A DNA stretch of 64,000 nucleotides from Neodothiora populina. Taxonomy: Eukaryota. Below are positions 36,015-48,577 of the stretch, piece by piece; position 1 is the first letter of the stretch, and each line of letters starts with the position of its first letter. Position numbers and translations under genes: made by a program. The stretch is taken from assembly GCF_041146345.1 (NCBI RefSeq), contig NW_027191405.1, forward strand, positions 310,001-374,000. Reading direction: 5' to 3'. Under the pieces are notes generated by a model, which did no database searches, was not told the origin of the DNA, and was given only the letters and a program-made list of their open reading frames with translations.

Positions 36015-38969
36015 ATGGCAGCAGAAGCCACCACACCTCCATCATCGTCCTCGTCGGATCTTCCAGCCACTACTGCAGCTGCTCCAGTCACGCAACCTGA
36101 TTCGGCAGCCTCGACCACTTCCTCCTCTGGCGCTGCGGTCAATGGAAACTCAACCAACTCTCCCGCCGACTCTTCCTTTCTGACAGTACAGAGGCGACCG
36201 ACTGCGGTTCACTCTCTCACTGCTCCAACCATCAGCCCCATGAACGGCCACTTTGCTGCCGTGGGCGACAAACCCACGGCCGAGAGCTTCGAGCACGGCA
36301 TCCAGGTCATCGACGAGAACAAGGTCTTCAACATCACCCATCTCCCGGCCTATCTGCAGCAGGAAGATGTGCTACGCCAGGGCTTCAACTACCACATCAT
36401 TTCCGTCTTTGGCTCGCAGAGCACAGGCAAAAGCACCCTGCTCAACGCCCTGTTCGGCACCGGCTTCGGCGTCATGTCCGAGACGGAGAGGCGACAGACG
36501 ACCAAGGGTATCTGGATGAGCAAGAACAAAAAGGAGCAGCCGGATGCGTCGACGGGTCGGGCAAGGATGGCCGAGAACATCCTCGTCATGGACGTCGAGG
36601 GCACAGACGGCCGAGAGCGAGGCGAGGACCAGGACTTTGAGAGGAAGAGCGCTCTCTTTGCTCTCGCCACCAGCGAAGTGCTGATTGTGAACATCTGGGA
36701 GCACCAGGTCGGTCTGTACCAGGGCGCAAACATGGGACTGTTGAAGACGGTCTTCGAGGTCAACCTGGGGCTGTTCCTGAAGAGCGGGTATGACTTTCCG
36801 ACACACGGCGCCACTGCACCCAGCTGACATATGCGCACAGATCGACACCGAAGAGTCTACTCTTCTTCGTCATTCGCGATCACATCGGTAACACACCCCT
36901 CGCCAACCTCCGCGCAACCCTCCTCGCGGACCTGAGCAAGATCTGGTCCACCCTGTCAAAACCGCCCGGTCTCGAGAGCTCCAAGATCGAAGACTACTTT
37001 GACTTTGCCTTCGCCGCCCTACCTCATAAGATCCTCCAGCCCGACGCATTTACCGCCTCGGTGGAAAAGCTAGGAACAAGATTCAGGGAGGGAAGCAAAA
37101 AGAAGAGCGATTTGTTCTTGATGGACGAGCAGAACGAGCCCATACTGTTGCCCGAGTACCACCGCAGGATCCCTGCGGACGGTTTCAGTCATTACGCGAA
37201 CGGCATCTGGGAGCAGATCGAGAGCAACAAGGACTTGGATCTTCCCACACAGCAGGAGCTGCTGGCTCAGTTCCGTTGTGACGAAATCGCTCGCGAGGTC
37301 TTGGTCGCCTTTGACGAGGTCGTTGCGCCCCTCGAGACGAGGCAGACCGACGCGGCCAAGTCTGGTCATCCTGTGGTGATTGCTGAGCTCGGCCGCCTGC
37401 TCAACCAGGCTCGAAAGGCAGTCCTGGAAGACTTCCAGGTCGAGGCTAGCAGATACCACCAGGGCGTCTATAAGCGCAAATCCGCCGAACTCGAGAGCCA
37501 GATCGACACTCGCCTCAAGACGCTGTACAAGGGCCAGCTGACGGCTGCGCACAAGGAAGGTGTTGCTGCTTTCACCGAAGCCGTCACCGCTGCCGTGAAG
37601 TCTGGACAGAAGAAGGGCACAAACTACGACTTCCAGGCCATCGTCCAGGGCGAGAAGAAGATGGCGAATGATCGTTTCGAGCAAGAAGCCAGGAGAGCTG
37701 TGATCGAGGGCGCTCCGTGGTCGGAGCACGCCCAAGAACTCAACTTGTTCAAAAAGGATCTTGATCAGGTCAGCAGTCAACTCAGGAAAGACGAGCTCCG
37801 GCGTCTGACGACCAGAGTAGAGAGATGGGTTCGCAGCCACATCAGCGAAGGCATCGGTGCCCATTTCAACAAGCTCGGTACCGGCAGGGGCGGATCAGGT
37901 GCGCCCGAGTCAGGCACCCGTGGCGATGTCGAGAGGGACCTATGGGACCGCATATGGCAAACCTTCACCGAGACCGTCTCGCATGCTGAGGGTCGATTCA
38001 GCGAACGAGCCACATCACTCGATGCAAGCCCCGAGGAAGTTGAGGTTGGCATCTGGCGTCTGAAGCGCAAGTCATGGGCAGTGCTGCGCGCCAAGATTGA
38101 TGAAGAAGTCATGGAAGGAAACATCCTGCTCAAACTGCGCGAAAACTTTGAAGACAAGTTCCGCTACGATGACGAAGGCGTACCGAGGATCTGGAGACCG
38201 ACGGACGACATCGAAGGTGTCTATACTCGTGCAAGAGAATCAACTCTCGAATTGATTCCACTATTGTCCAAGTTCAAGCTATCCGCAACGGAAACGTTAC
38301 CTGACCTGGAATCTTGGATCGGCAAGCAACCGCCTTCGGCGACCCCAGCAGACGAGGAGGACCTGACTCCGATAGGCGGCGTGGACGAAGAGGACGGACG
38401 CAGTCTGGAAGAGGAGTTGACTGTGCTGAGCCACGCCAAAGCGGAGGATCTAAGACAGCGATTCAAGAAGACGGCCGACGGGGTATATGTCGAGGCCAAA
38501 CGCAGTGCGATCGGAGGCGTCACTCAGGTTCCTCTTTATTTCTACGGACTGCTACTCGCGCTGGGGTGGAACGAGATTGTCGCCGGTATGTTGTTCATTT
38601 CCTTCTCTTACCCCAAGCCACACTAACACAAGCGACCACACAGTCCTCCGAAACCCTCTCTACTTTGTCTCCCTGATCCTGCTGTCGATCGGAGCCTACG
38701 TAACCTACACATTGAACCTCTGGGGACCAATGATAAGAATGACCAACGCAGCCTCATCGCAAGGTCTCGACATCTTCAAGGAGAAACTCCGCGAATTCCT
38801 CGAGACGAGCGACACGGGGCGACAAGCCGTGGCCATGAGCGGCGGCGGCGCAGCTCTCGGCATGAAGATGGATGACTTGGATTCCAGGGGAAAGAGAGTC
38901 GGTACTAGCAGTAGTGCTGCCGACAGTTCCACGGGAGGGTTCGAAGATGGCGAAGATGAGGATATTTGA
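36015..38969 (+). CDS. SEY1: Sey1/RHD3 dynamin-like ER fusion GTPase; introns 36788-36840 and 38586-38643
   Basis: [12 protein letters not shown] (P-loop), [43 protein letters not shown]-terminal hairpin [13 protein letters not shown]; alternative start at 36240. Confidence 0.97.
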
Positions 38970-39478
38970 TCTTGACATGTGGGTGTCGTGTCGCTTTCTC
39001 TTCTTTTCTTCTTTCCGCACTCTTTGGACCTACATCTTCTTCTGTTTGGTTTTTCCGACCCTGTCCTGTCCTCCTTTTCTTGTCCCTACGGTGTAGTTGA
39101 TCTTGTCTTGAGGAGGGGAGAGGAAGGGAGGGATCGTCGTCTTGTCTTGGCTTGTCTTGTATATTCGAAAAAGAACTCCCTAAATGCATAAATTCGTTAG
39201 TAGTATCAATATCATCAACAACATCATCACCAACAATTCGTCTTTGGTCTCCTCAGGGGGCGAGAATACGCAATTTGGATCCTGACTTCAAATATCAGTA
39301 GCACCGTATATGTTGCTGCTTGTTTAATGGCTGGCTGATGGGATTCACAGATTGTCACATGGGGCATGTCGGCACCTTGCTTTTCTCTCAATTCGTCTTA
39401 TGAGCATGAGGGGGAAAGGTATTGTGTGCGCGTCGTCTATTCCTCCTGCCTGCTAATGTTCACTGCTTGCTACTGTAT

Positions 39479-39520
39479 ACCACCACCACCACCACCACTA
39501 CTACTACTACTACCACCACC
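39479..39520. repeat. Compound (CAC)n(TAC)n microsatellite downstream of VPS5
   Basis: Seen directly. Confidence 0.85.
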
Positions 39521-39590
39521 TTACCAACATACACAGAAAAAAAAGGAACAACTGCCATTACGTCTGTTCTGTCCTTTTTCCTGACTCGTT

Positions 39591-41894
39591 CTACTCGTCC
39601 TCGTCGTCATCGGCTTTCCTCTCCCCCGATCGGTGCTGCTGCCCATGCGCTACTTCTCGCCCCTCGTCGTCGTCTGCTTCTTCCTCGTCGTCGTCGTCGT
39701 CTTCGCCTGCGTCATCGCTGGCGGCGCGCGCGACGTTCTCGTTGACGCTGTCGTCTGCTGCTACTGCTGCTGCGTTTGCCGATGAGTGCGTCGAATCTGC
39801 GGCGTCGGAAGACGAAGGGATGGTGGCCGAGGCGGGCGGGACGGGGCCTGCGTTGTTGCTTGGTCCGTGTCCGTTGCTTGTGCTGTTGCTGCTGCTGTTG
39901 TTGTTGTTGTTGGTAGTATTGTTCGATGGGGGCTCGGCGGCGGCGGCGGCGGCGGCGGGTGCAGTCGCCATGTCGTCTGCGTCGAGTTGGTAGAGATAGG
40001 TTTCCCAGAGTTCGATGAGCTGGTTGTTTTTGATGTTAGTTTTCGATTGAAGTGGTGGGGCGGTGGGATGGCGGAAGAAAGCTTACCTCTTTTTGCGCCT
40101 CGACGGCGCCCTCGAGATAAGTCTCGACTCCGGACTTGAAGTCCTCGACCTTCTCCCTCTCGAATCTCTCGAGCTCCGTCCTCATCAGCCGTCCCATGTC
40201 CTCAAACAACAAGCGACTCTGATGCACGCGGCGTTCGGCGTCACCGACGTCCGCTTGCATCTGGCTCAAGCGATCCTGCTGAGTACGTCCTGCGCGCAGC
40301 AGCTTCTCGTGCGTGCTCTTGAGTTTTGACAGAGCAGACTCGGAAGCGTGCCATGCGTGGTAGGCTTTTTGTCGTTGTTGGAAGGCGGTCTTGATGGAGC
40401 CGATCAGACGGATGTATTCGTCGATGACGATGCCGAGGGTCAGGACGTCTTGCTGGGCTTGACGGTCGTAGAGTTCCTTGATGCGCAGCTGGATGTCGGA
40501 AAGTCCTTCTAGAGGTACGGAGAGCGAGGGAGACAGTTCGACCATTGCCAGAGCGTGGAGTGAAGTGCTTAGGTCGTTGCATGAATCCGAGAGCGCTTTG
40601 CGTTGCGCCACTACTGTGTCGGTGGATTTCAAGAGGGCCTTCAATTGGTTCTCTAGCGCATCGAGGTAGATCTTGCGATCGTGGAACCACTGAAATGGAT
40701 TAGCGGATACAAAATCAAGGAACTGAAAAAGGTGTGCTCACGTCGTCGTGCTCGACAAACTTGCTGCCGGTGCCGACAGAAAGCATACCGCCAAACATGC
40801 CGGACTTGGCTTCGGGCAGGCCAACGTCCTTGCGCTCCTTGTGCTTGATGTCGACATTGAACGCCTCGCTCTCGAGGAACAACTTGAGGTCGCCGTCGTG
40901 CTGGAGCACAGGATGTGCCGCAGCCTTGTTCAACATGCGTTCCAGAGCCGCCCTCCTTGATTCGACGAATCCCTGATCGAAGCGACCCATGGCTTGCTTC
41001 TCCGGTGGGGGCGGCACAACGACGCCGGGGTTGTTGTTGTGTAATTGGTTGTAGAGCCAGAGGAAGTCGCGGTATCGGCGAGCGACGGTGAATTCAGAGT
41101 TGCGATATGCTTTGGATGTTGTCTGCGGGACTGATCAGACTCGGCAAAGCAACGACACAGCAACAAAAGACACGTACCTTTGTGCTGACTTGGTAGACGG
41201 TATGGGAACCCGTCAGATCGCCAACCTTGTGCGGGTCACCGACGGAAATGTCAAAGGATGGTTTGGCCGCCTGTTCGATGCTGACGCTGGGCTGTGTCGA
41301 CCGCTTTGGCGCATCCTTGCTCGCTGGAGGAACAGGACGAGGCTTGACGAATCCAGTGCCGCTGACATGGACATCCTCTTCTGTGCCAAGGTCGACAGAC
41401 TCCATCATGCCTCGCAGCGAAGCGGTGCCTGAGGCAGCAGCGGCATTGCGCGCGGCTTGTTCCTTCTGCGGCGGTGCAGGAGGCTCCTCGACTGCTGCAG
41501 ACGAGGCAGCAAAGTCGCCTCCGAGCGGTCCGAGAGGCCCCAGAGAGTCATCCAGGGCTTCGAGCGTGGTGGATTGGGCTCCAAACTTGCGCGTCGGTCG
41601 CGACCTGTTGACGGGGCTCTTGACCGCCGTCGATGATGTCGGCCTCTCGTTTTCGCGTCTTTCCGCTGTCTGTGGTCGCGCTTTGCTTCCGGCTCAGCAG
41701 GAGAATCTAGAAAGTACAGAGAGATAGTCATGACGAACCAGGAGATGTGGTGGATGCCTCATCATCCGCCTGTTTGGCCAGGTTGCTGTTGGAGTGGGAG
41801 CGCGAAGGCACGTCTATACCAATCGGTCAGCTTTGTGTCAATCCTCCGAGATCAATGCAGAAAACCAACCTCCCCATGGGGAATCTTCCTCCAT
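39591..41894 (-). CDS. VPS5: Retromer sorting nexin Vps5/SNX1 (PX + BAR), multi-exon
   Basis: MEEDSPWG start, LGPLGPLG, ISVGDPHKVGDLTGSHTVY, RRYRDFLWLY, PPPPEKQAMGRF, ELERFEREKVEDFK, ELWETY. Confidence 0.93.
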
Positions 41895-43921
41895 CTTGTT
41901 ACTGTTTCAGATTGCTTGTGTGTACAGTCGAGCGCGAGGGAAGACGGTCAATAAAGCTGGATATGATCGACTGACTCTCGCCCGCTGGTCTGGAGCTGCG
42001 CGCTCATCCTCCTCCCATGATCCCATGATAACGCCAAGAAGGGCGGAGGACCGGTCCGCTCACTTCCGGATCCCGGCCTCTGACTCCACTCCGCCCCCCC
42101 CTCGACTCGACCATTCTCCGCCTCGCCGTCCTGCAGGAAGTCTACCTACCTCTTACAGAACAACGGATTGCGCCAGCGTTCGCCAGCCTGGTAGACAACG
42201 GAAATGGTTCAACCAACTCGTGGACTTACTGATGGAAGCATACAAAAGACCTTGCATGCCAAGTCTGCTGCATTGCCGGAATAAGATCGAGAACAACAAT
42301 CAGCAAACATCGCCACGAGGCATGGTGCTAAATCACCTTCGGGATCGCCCCTGAGTGATCAAGACCCTTTCTCCATATCCCTACGCAGCACAAAGATCAG
42401 CACGAGTGATCACGTCCGCCAGGCCCTTCGAGGTCACTGTCCTTCTTCTTCGGTAGCACTACACCAAGCCTTCACTAATTCTAGCCCTCCAGTCCGACGG
42501 TCGAGTGGCGGCAGCGAAGGGATCAGTAATCTGCCAGCCAGGTGCTTGTCTACTTGGCAAGCAAAGCCTGTCCTTCACGCTCTCTAGTAAAATAAGGCGG
42601 TCAGAACAGCAAAATGAGAAATATCTTCTCGGGTAGCCAACGAAGTGCTAAGTCAAATTGGATGCTGCCCGAGGCTTGAGCCTCTTCGGCTATCTCTGCG
42701 ATCTATCACTTGAGGTGCGATCATGCACGGGTGTGATACCATATTTCAGATTCGTGTCCAGGTATGCACATTCACGGATCCTGCATCCGATAGACATTGG
42801 CGACGAAGTTGTTGATGACTTTGTGTTAGAAAATACGAACTCGTGCTTTGCCCCACGCAATCTGCTTCACTTCACACTTCTCGTCTTTGATTCGCTTCGC
42901 CATCTCCGAAGGCATGCTTGGTATTCAGATGGGCTAGATTTTGCACGAGTGATCACAGCACTGGTGAGGACATACTCTCGAGGCGTCGCTTACAGAAAGT
43001 ATCCCTCATTTCGCTCGGACTCGCAGCCTGCAATGGTGCTTTCAGCTTCTCGGCTGAATAGAGACCACCACGTGAACGAATGAGAGCTGAAATTAGAATC
43101 CAGATATTGTGGTAAAGTGAAAATAAATGCGGGCTCTTGTTTCCTTGTGGCTTGACGTGACAGGACTGGGCTTCAGCCTGATCTGTGGCGTTTCTGACCT
43201 CGCTCGGCGACGCTACTACACAAGTACTGCAGTACCTAGTCAGATACCAAAGATATTTGTACACTCCGGAACGGTTAGAACTGACGAAAACGAGATCGTT
43301 GGTACTGTAGATGGTCGTCCACGTGGGATCTGTTGCCCTTTCTGGTTGATGACCCCGGCGAATCTTCTTAGCGCGGGTTTTCCCTCGGGTTTTAGTTCTC
43401 CCCGCAATAGCTGAGTATTCGTTCCATCTGCACCTTGCACGATGATGTACCACCAAATTGGGTTTCTTGTACCCATGAACATAATACAAGCATAGATCCT
43501 TTTCGACGGAGTCTGCACCGCAATGCTCAAACTCGCTCTGATCGACTTGATTGGCTAATGGCATAGCCAGGAACCAGAGATTGTTCGTACATGGAAGCCC
43601 CGTGATCTCTAGACCGTAGTGTAAGTCATTCGGTGTCGAGAGTCTAGACTTTGGCAAGGGTCGTCGTCTAGGTATCCACGTGGATGATGTAGGGCCCATG
43701 ACAATCATCGAACAGCTGTGCAGCTTGAAGATTATTCTCGATGAGTATCTTGAGGCGAAACATGTATATATATCCTTGCACCGCTCCTGTGATATCCAGT
43801 CTCATCCTCATCAACAATCGACAAATCAAAGCACTCACTTCGGTCACATCTATCACTCGTCTGCAGTATATTGATCAAACCGCAAAGCAAGAACATCACG
43901 TACAGTCAAGAATCAGAAAAC

Positions 43922-44494
43922 ATGAAGTCTTACATGGTAAGAACATTCCCCGGTAGTATCACACCATATTCGTGCTAACATCCTTGTCAGGCAACTCTGG
44001 CTGTGGCCTTGAGCACGATCTCCGCATGCATTGCGTCTCCCTTGGCAGCTCTGGAAGAGAGAGCAGGCAAACCCACCGGCGGCCCAGCATCTGCCACCGT
44101 CACAGTCTACTCTGGGCCCTACACTTGTGCCAGTCCCAACACACCTCCTCCATCCGATGGCTCCGCCGGCACTGTTGTTAAGACCTTTTCGATCTTAGAG
44201 ACTCAATGCGTTATTGTGAACGTTCCTTTCGGAGGTGCCGTCACCTCGACTATGACTGCGACCCCCAAGACGGGCGCTGCTGGTTGCTACATCCAGGCCT
44301 TCACGCAACAAGGCTGCGGTGTCACTTTGAACAACCAATACCACGGTAAGCAGTCAGCAACATGAATCATAAATTGATCTATCTGACGTGTATCTCTAGG
44401 CTTCCCATTCAATGGCATTACAGTCGGCAGTCAAGTTGGTTGCGCCCAAGTACCGGATATCAGCTATGGCGCTATTCAGATTGTCTGTGGTTAG
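43922..44494 (+). CDS. Small secreted cysteine-rich protein (154 aa, 3 exons); effector candidate
   Basis: Introns 43937-43990 and 44346-44399 (GTAAG..CT(A/G)AC..AG); MKSYMATLAVALSTISACIASPLAALEER signal/propeptide; 6 Cys in the mature part; ends ..IQIVCG*. Confidence 0.85.
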
Positions 44495-45361
44495 GTTCTT
44501 GCAAAGGCTGGCTGGGTGTTGTAGGCGTTTTCCTTGTACTTTCCTTCTAGCATAGAACCAATGTTACTTTCTATATTCATTTATCGATGACATGAAAGCT
44601 GCGACCAAATGTATAGGTAGCTAGATGCAATGAGCATCGATGCTAATCTATAAGACAGAAGGAAGATTTCGTGCCGGGTCACCTTTCTCCAACGACTGAG
44701 TTGAACGGCCTTCTATCACGGGCGAATTTGCTCGTGAACCACGCTTCGAATGGACCAGCATAGAAGGTCTGCATTAGGACAGTGTAAGATGGATACGTAC
44801 CGCAACGGCGCGCATCCCGTTGCGACCCCACAGGCGCTTGCTTCGGCAGACTCGGCTGAACCCCACAAAGGGCTCGATTTTTGGTGTGGCGCAGAAGCCC
44901 TGATCGACGCTCGAGCCCAAGCTGCCTGGAACCTTCCGCCTCCAGGTCAGCCGTATCTTCTACTGCCAATACACAACAAGTCGGATCGTTGTGAACCTAC
45001 CGACCAAACCTAGCTTGGCCTATAAGCCTCGCCTACTTTTCGGCACCGTTTTGGGTCAGCTGGGCCCGTTCTAAGGTCAATAGACAGCCTTGTCAGCTAT
45101 TTCCAGACAAGTACTCATAACAATATGTCAGGTACTATGCAGAGAGGCGTCTGCATCTCGCCTTTCAGATGTCTCGACCCTTGTAGAGGCGTGAAGGGTG
45201 GCTTCACTGTAAGAATTTAAGATAAGTAGCGATGAACAGCCATGCCAATGCTCCATGATCGATCCATTCACATCTCCATATGCACATATTTTTGTACGTG
45301 GTATCGAGTCTTTCTACGGGGCATCAAGTCAATCGTTTCAACGTCCAGAAGCCCTTTCACT

Positions 45362-46523
45362 ATGCATCTTTCTACGTACTTCTTTGTTACTGTACTCTCT
45401 GCACTACCTCTTCATGTCGCTGCGTTCCCAGCCATGGGATCGTTGGCAAAGCGTATCGCTGCGTCCGGTGATGACGGTGTCGAGGATCGTCAACTCATCG
45501 GCGACCTGAAGCAGGGCATCACCAGCCCTACTGGCCAGACTATCGCCAACATCCTACTAGGCAACGAGCCTGGTGAGAGCAATGTCGCAGGGTACAAGCC
45601 TGCTTTGCTAGGGACTGCCGCTTGCAAAGCCGACACGTGCTGTGTGTGGTCATACGTCTCCAAGGCTATGACTCTGGCATTCACGGGCCCTACTGGCCGA
45701 TGCAACAGTCTAGCTCGCGCCGCCATTCGCTTAGGGTTCCACGATGCAGGGACGTGGTCCAGCTCTCTCGCCGCGGCAGGGCAGGACTTCGGCGGCGCAG
45801 ACGGCAGTATTGCACTTGCTCCTTCTGAGGCCGGTCGTGCAGATAATGCGGGCCTCGGTCCCATCATTCAACAGGCTCAGATCTGGTCGAAGCTTTTCGG
45901 AGTCGGAGTTGCAGACCTCATACAATTTGCCGCTAAGCACGCTGTCGTCACATGTCCGCTTGGTCCTCGAACTCGTGTCTTTGTCGGACGTATAGACAGC
46001 TCCAAGGCATCGCCAGAAGGCCTGATGCCATCAGTGACTATGTCGACTGATGCCATCATTGCTCTCTTCCAGGACAAGACAATTAGCCCGCACAACCTCA
46101 CCGCTCTTCTTGGCGCTCACTCCGCCAGCCAGCAATTCACCGTTGACAAGTCAAAGTCGGGCCAGTCTCAGGACAGTACCCCAGGAGTTTGGGATGTTGC
46201 ATTCTACAACGAAACTCTTCAGGCTACAGCCCCCAAGAAGGTGTTTCAATTCGACAGTGACCGTAGGCTGTCTGTGGATAGCCGTATGAATGACGAGTGG
46301 ACGGCTTTCGTGGGAGATCAGTCACACTGGAACGATGTAAGTACTTTGCTAGTCTTCCCACCATTGACTGTAACTAACATCATGACAGGATTATGCTGCA
46401 GCTTACGTTCGCTTGAGCCTACTCGGCGTGAATAATATCAACAATCTTACAGAATGCACCAAGGTGCTGCCTGCCGCTCGGCCGACCTATAATGGTGCTA
46501 GCATTCCGGGCCTGTTCGGATAG
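45362..46523 (+). CDS. Secreted class II heme peroxidase-like protein (CAZy AA2, generic type) 1; intron 46337-46388
   Basis: Signal peptide + LAKR; ARAAIRLGFHDAG (distal R/H), GGADGSI, ADLIQFAA, CPLGP, LLGAHS (proximal H), DSTPG, FDSD. Confidence 0.92.
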
Positions 46524-48577
46524 ATTCTCTCGTTTGTGCGGTTAGCATTGCGTGATTGGTTTGCATTTACATACAGGTTTATTCGCTTTTCTGTTTATAG
46601 TTTGTTTCTTTAGCGAAGATACCTCGCGCGCATTGTTAGCGGAAATCTTCTTCGCGTCAAAAGTAGCATGTAATTAGTATCTGACAATAGATCTACTCTA
46701 CTACGTACTCAATAATTCTCAGAATTCAAGCCTTGTGTACCTTCCACTTTCGGGCCTTCCGGAAACTTCATCGGCATGTGAATACCTTAATCTCACTTGC
46801 TGTCTGACGAGACTTATGCATTTAGTACTTCTGCTCTATGACAACGTGTACTACTTTCTAACCTAGATAGATCCTTCACGACGCCCACATTACTTGTTGC
46901 GATTCACTCACGCAAGCAGAATGTACAGCTAAATTGTAGCACCAGTTGTTAAAATAGTCTCCCTTGCAAATTCCCCGCTTAATGTACACCTGTCGCCTTA
47001 CATCCTGGCAGATAGGAAAATCAACTCATGTGCACGCATGCAAGGGCGGTCTAATCCCTGCGATGTGTACATCCCTGCGATCTCCTGAAGAGGACCGTAT
47101 ACGAAGGAACAGTATCGCAGTCAACCCCCGAAAGAGCCTAGATGGTTGTGCTGACAGCAGGTCTTCTGTCGCGCTTTTCCCACTTTGCTAAAAATCATGG
47201 TAACATGGTTTGGAGACACGTGAGTGCGATATGAGTGACGTTCTGCAGTACTGTTGCTTGAGCATACGATATGTTCTATGCATTGCACCGTATATCAGCA
47301 CGCCCATTTCTGCCCTCCAGCTAAAGACATACACGCTTCTTGGTGGCGAAATGGGTGGCTCGACTGATTCAGCTGGATGCCATGCTCCTTTACAAGAGCG
47401 AGATGCATCTGAGTGGCGCTTTTTCCCGTCCATGGCAGGCACAAAGGAATGCGACAAAGTCTGGACAGGTGTGATGGTCTCCGAGAGAATGGTAAGGCTG
47501 GCCGCTGTATAGTATGTGTAGCTGCGTGCTGCATCCATTCGTTTAAGCTTTAGGCGTTACCAATGTTCGTGTGGAGGAGGTTTGGCCAGATTAGGATAGT
47601 CCTAGACAAAGTGCAATGACAGTACATCTAACTATAGGCATGTACTTACTGCTCGGTTGCGTTTAAGCTTTCAGTTCGTCTCCGAACCCTGATTCAGCCA
47701 AGGTTAGGGTCTTCCATCAACTTGACAACTCTAGATTCTTCGACTCACACTCACTACTGGTAAGCCACGAGAAACGACTGTCGGCGCTACCGGCGACACA
47801 TGGCATGTCCCATACCCTCGGATGCGCCGGTTTCCAAGAACTCTGTGCCAACCTTTGCCTATCGCGTCTTGGGACTGGCGAGGCGAATGCTTGGTCACAT
47901 TGCAACCCAACCTACAGGCTGTACATACTCGAGCGGACAGGAAACAAGTCACTTCGGTGCCACCAGGCCCTTCGATCGTGCATGCTTAGCAAGCCTAAAT
48001 CTACCCGTATCCAAGTGCTATCGACCTAACATGTGCGATTCTAATGTCAGCTGGAACATCTGTTCAGCCTCTCTCGTCTCTTCGAGTCTCGTTTCCTACA
48101 ACCCAATTTGTATCACCATGTGGTGTGGCTTGCTCACTCACAGTCCATGATCATGCTCTGGAATGACCTTGCCAGCCTGAGACTGCCCTGGTTGCGAAAG
48201 TCTCTACAGGGTCAGCACTTTGCGGCACCGGCTGGAGTGTCCACCTAGACATCAATCCTGTTATCGTGGAAGGTGTATTCGATCCTGGTCCTCGGAACTC
48301 GTACCTGATCATGGCGTCCGGAGACGCTGGATATTCGACAAGCCATAATGTGTGTATGGACAAGCGCTTACCATGTATCTGGGCTAGACCATCGAAGAAG
48401 TTCAGGTTGCAGGACGTGATCAGTCTATAAAGACGAGGAACAAGTCGTGTCGATCTATGCTCATCATCGACATCATCAGAAAGATCATCAGCATACCACG
48501 ATCTCTACCAGCTCTTGCTCCTTCCTTCTAAGCCAAAACCACTCACAAGACAAGCCGTTTTCTCTGTGATCGACACA

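Noticed and set aside
42953..43708. 251-aa minus-strand ORF
   Set aside because: No recognisable motif, non-ATG start, and overlaps the likely promoter of the small secreted protein; cannot be supported
47540..47671. 12-bp direct repeat CGTTTAAGCTTT spaced 120 bp apart between the peroxidases
   Set aside because: Only two copies and no element between them; could be chance; not CRISPR-like
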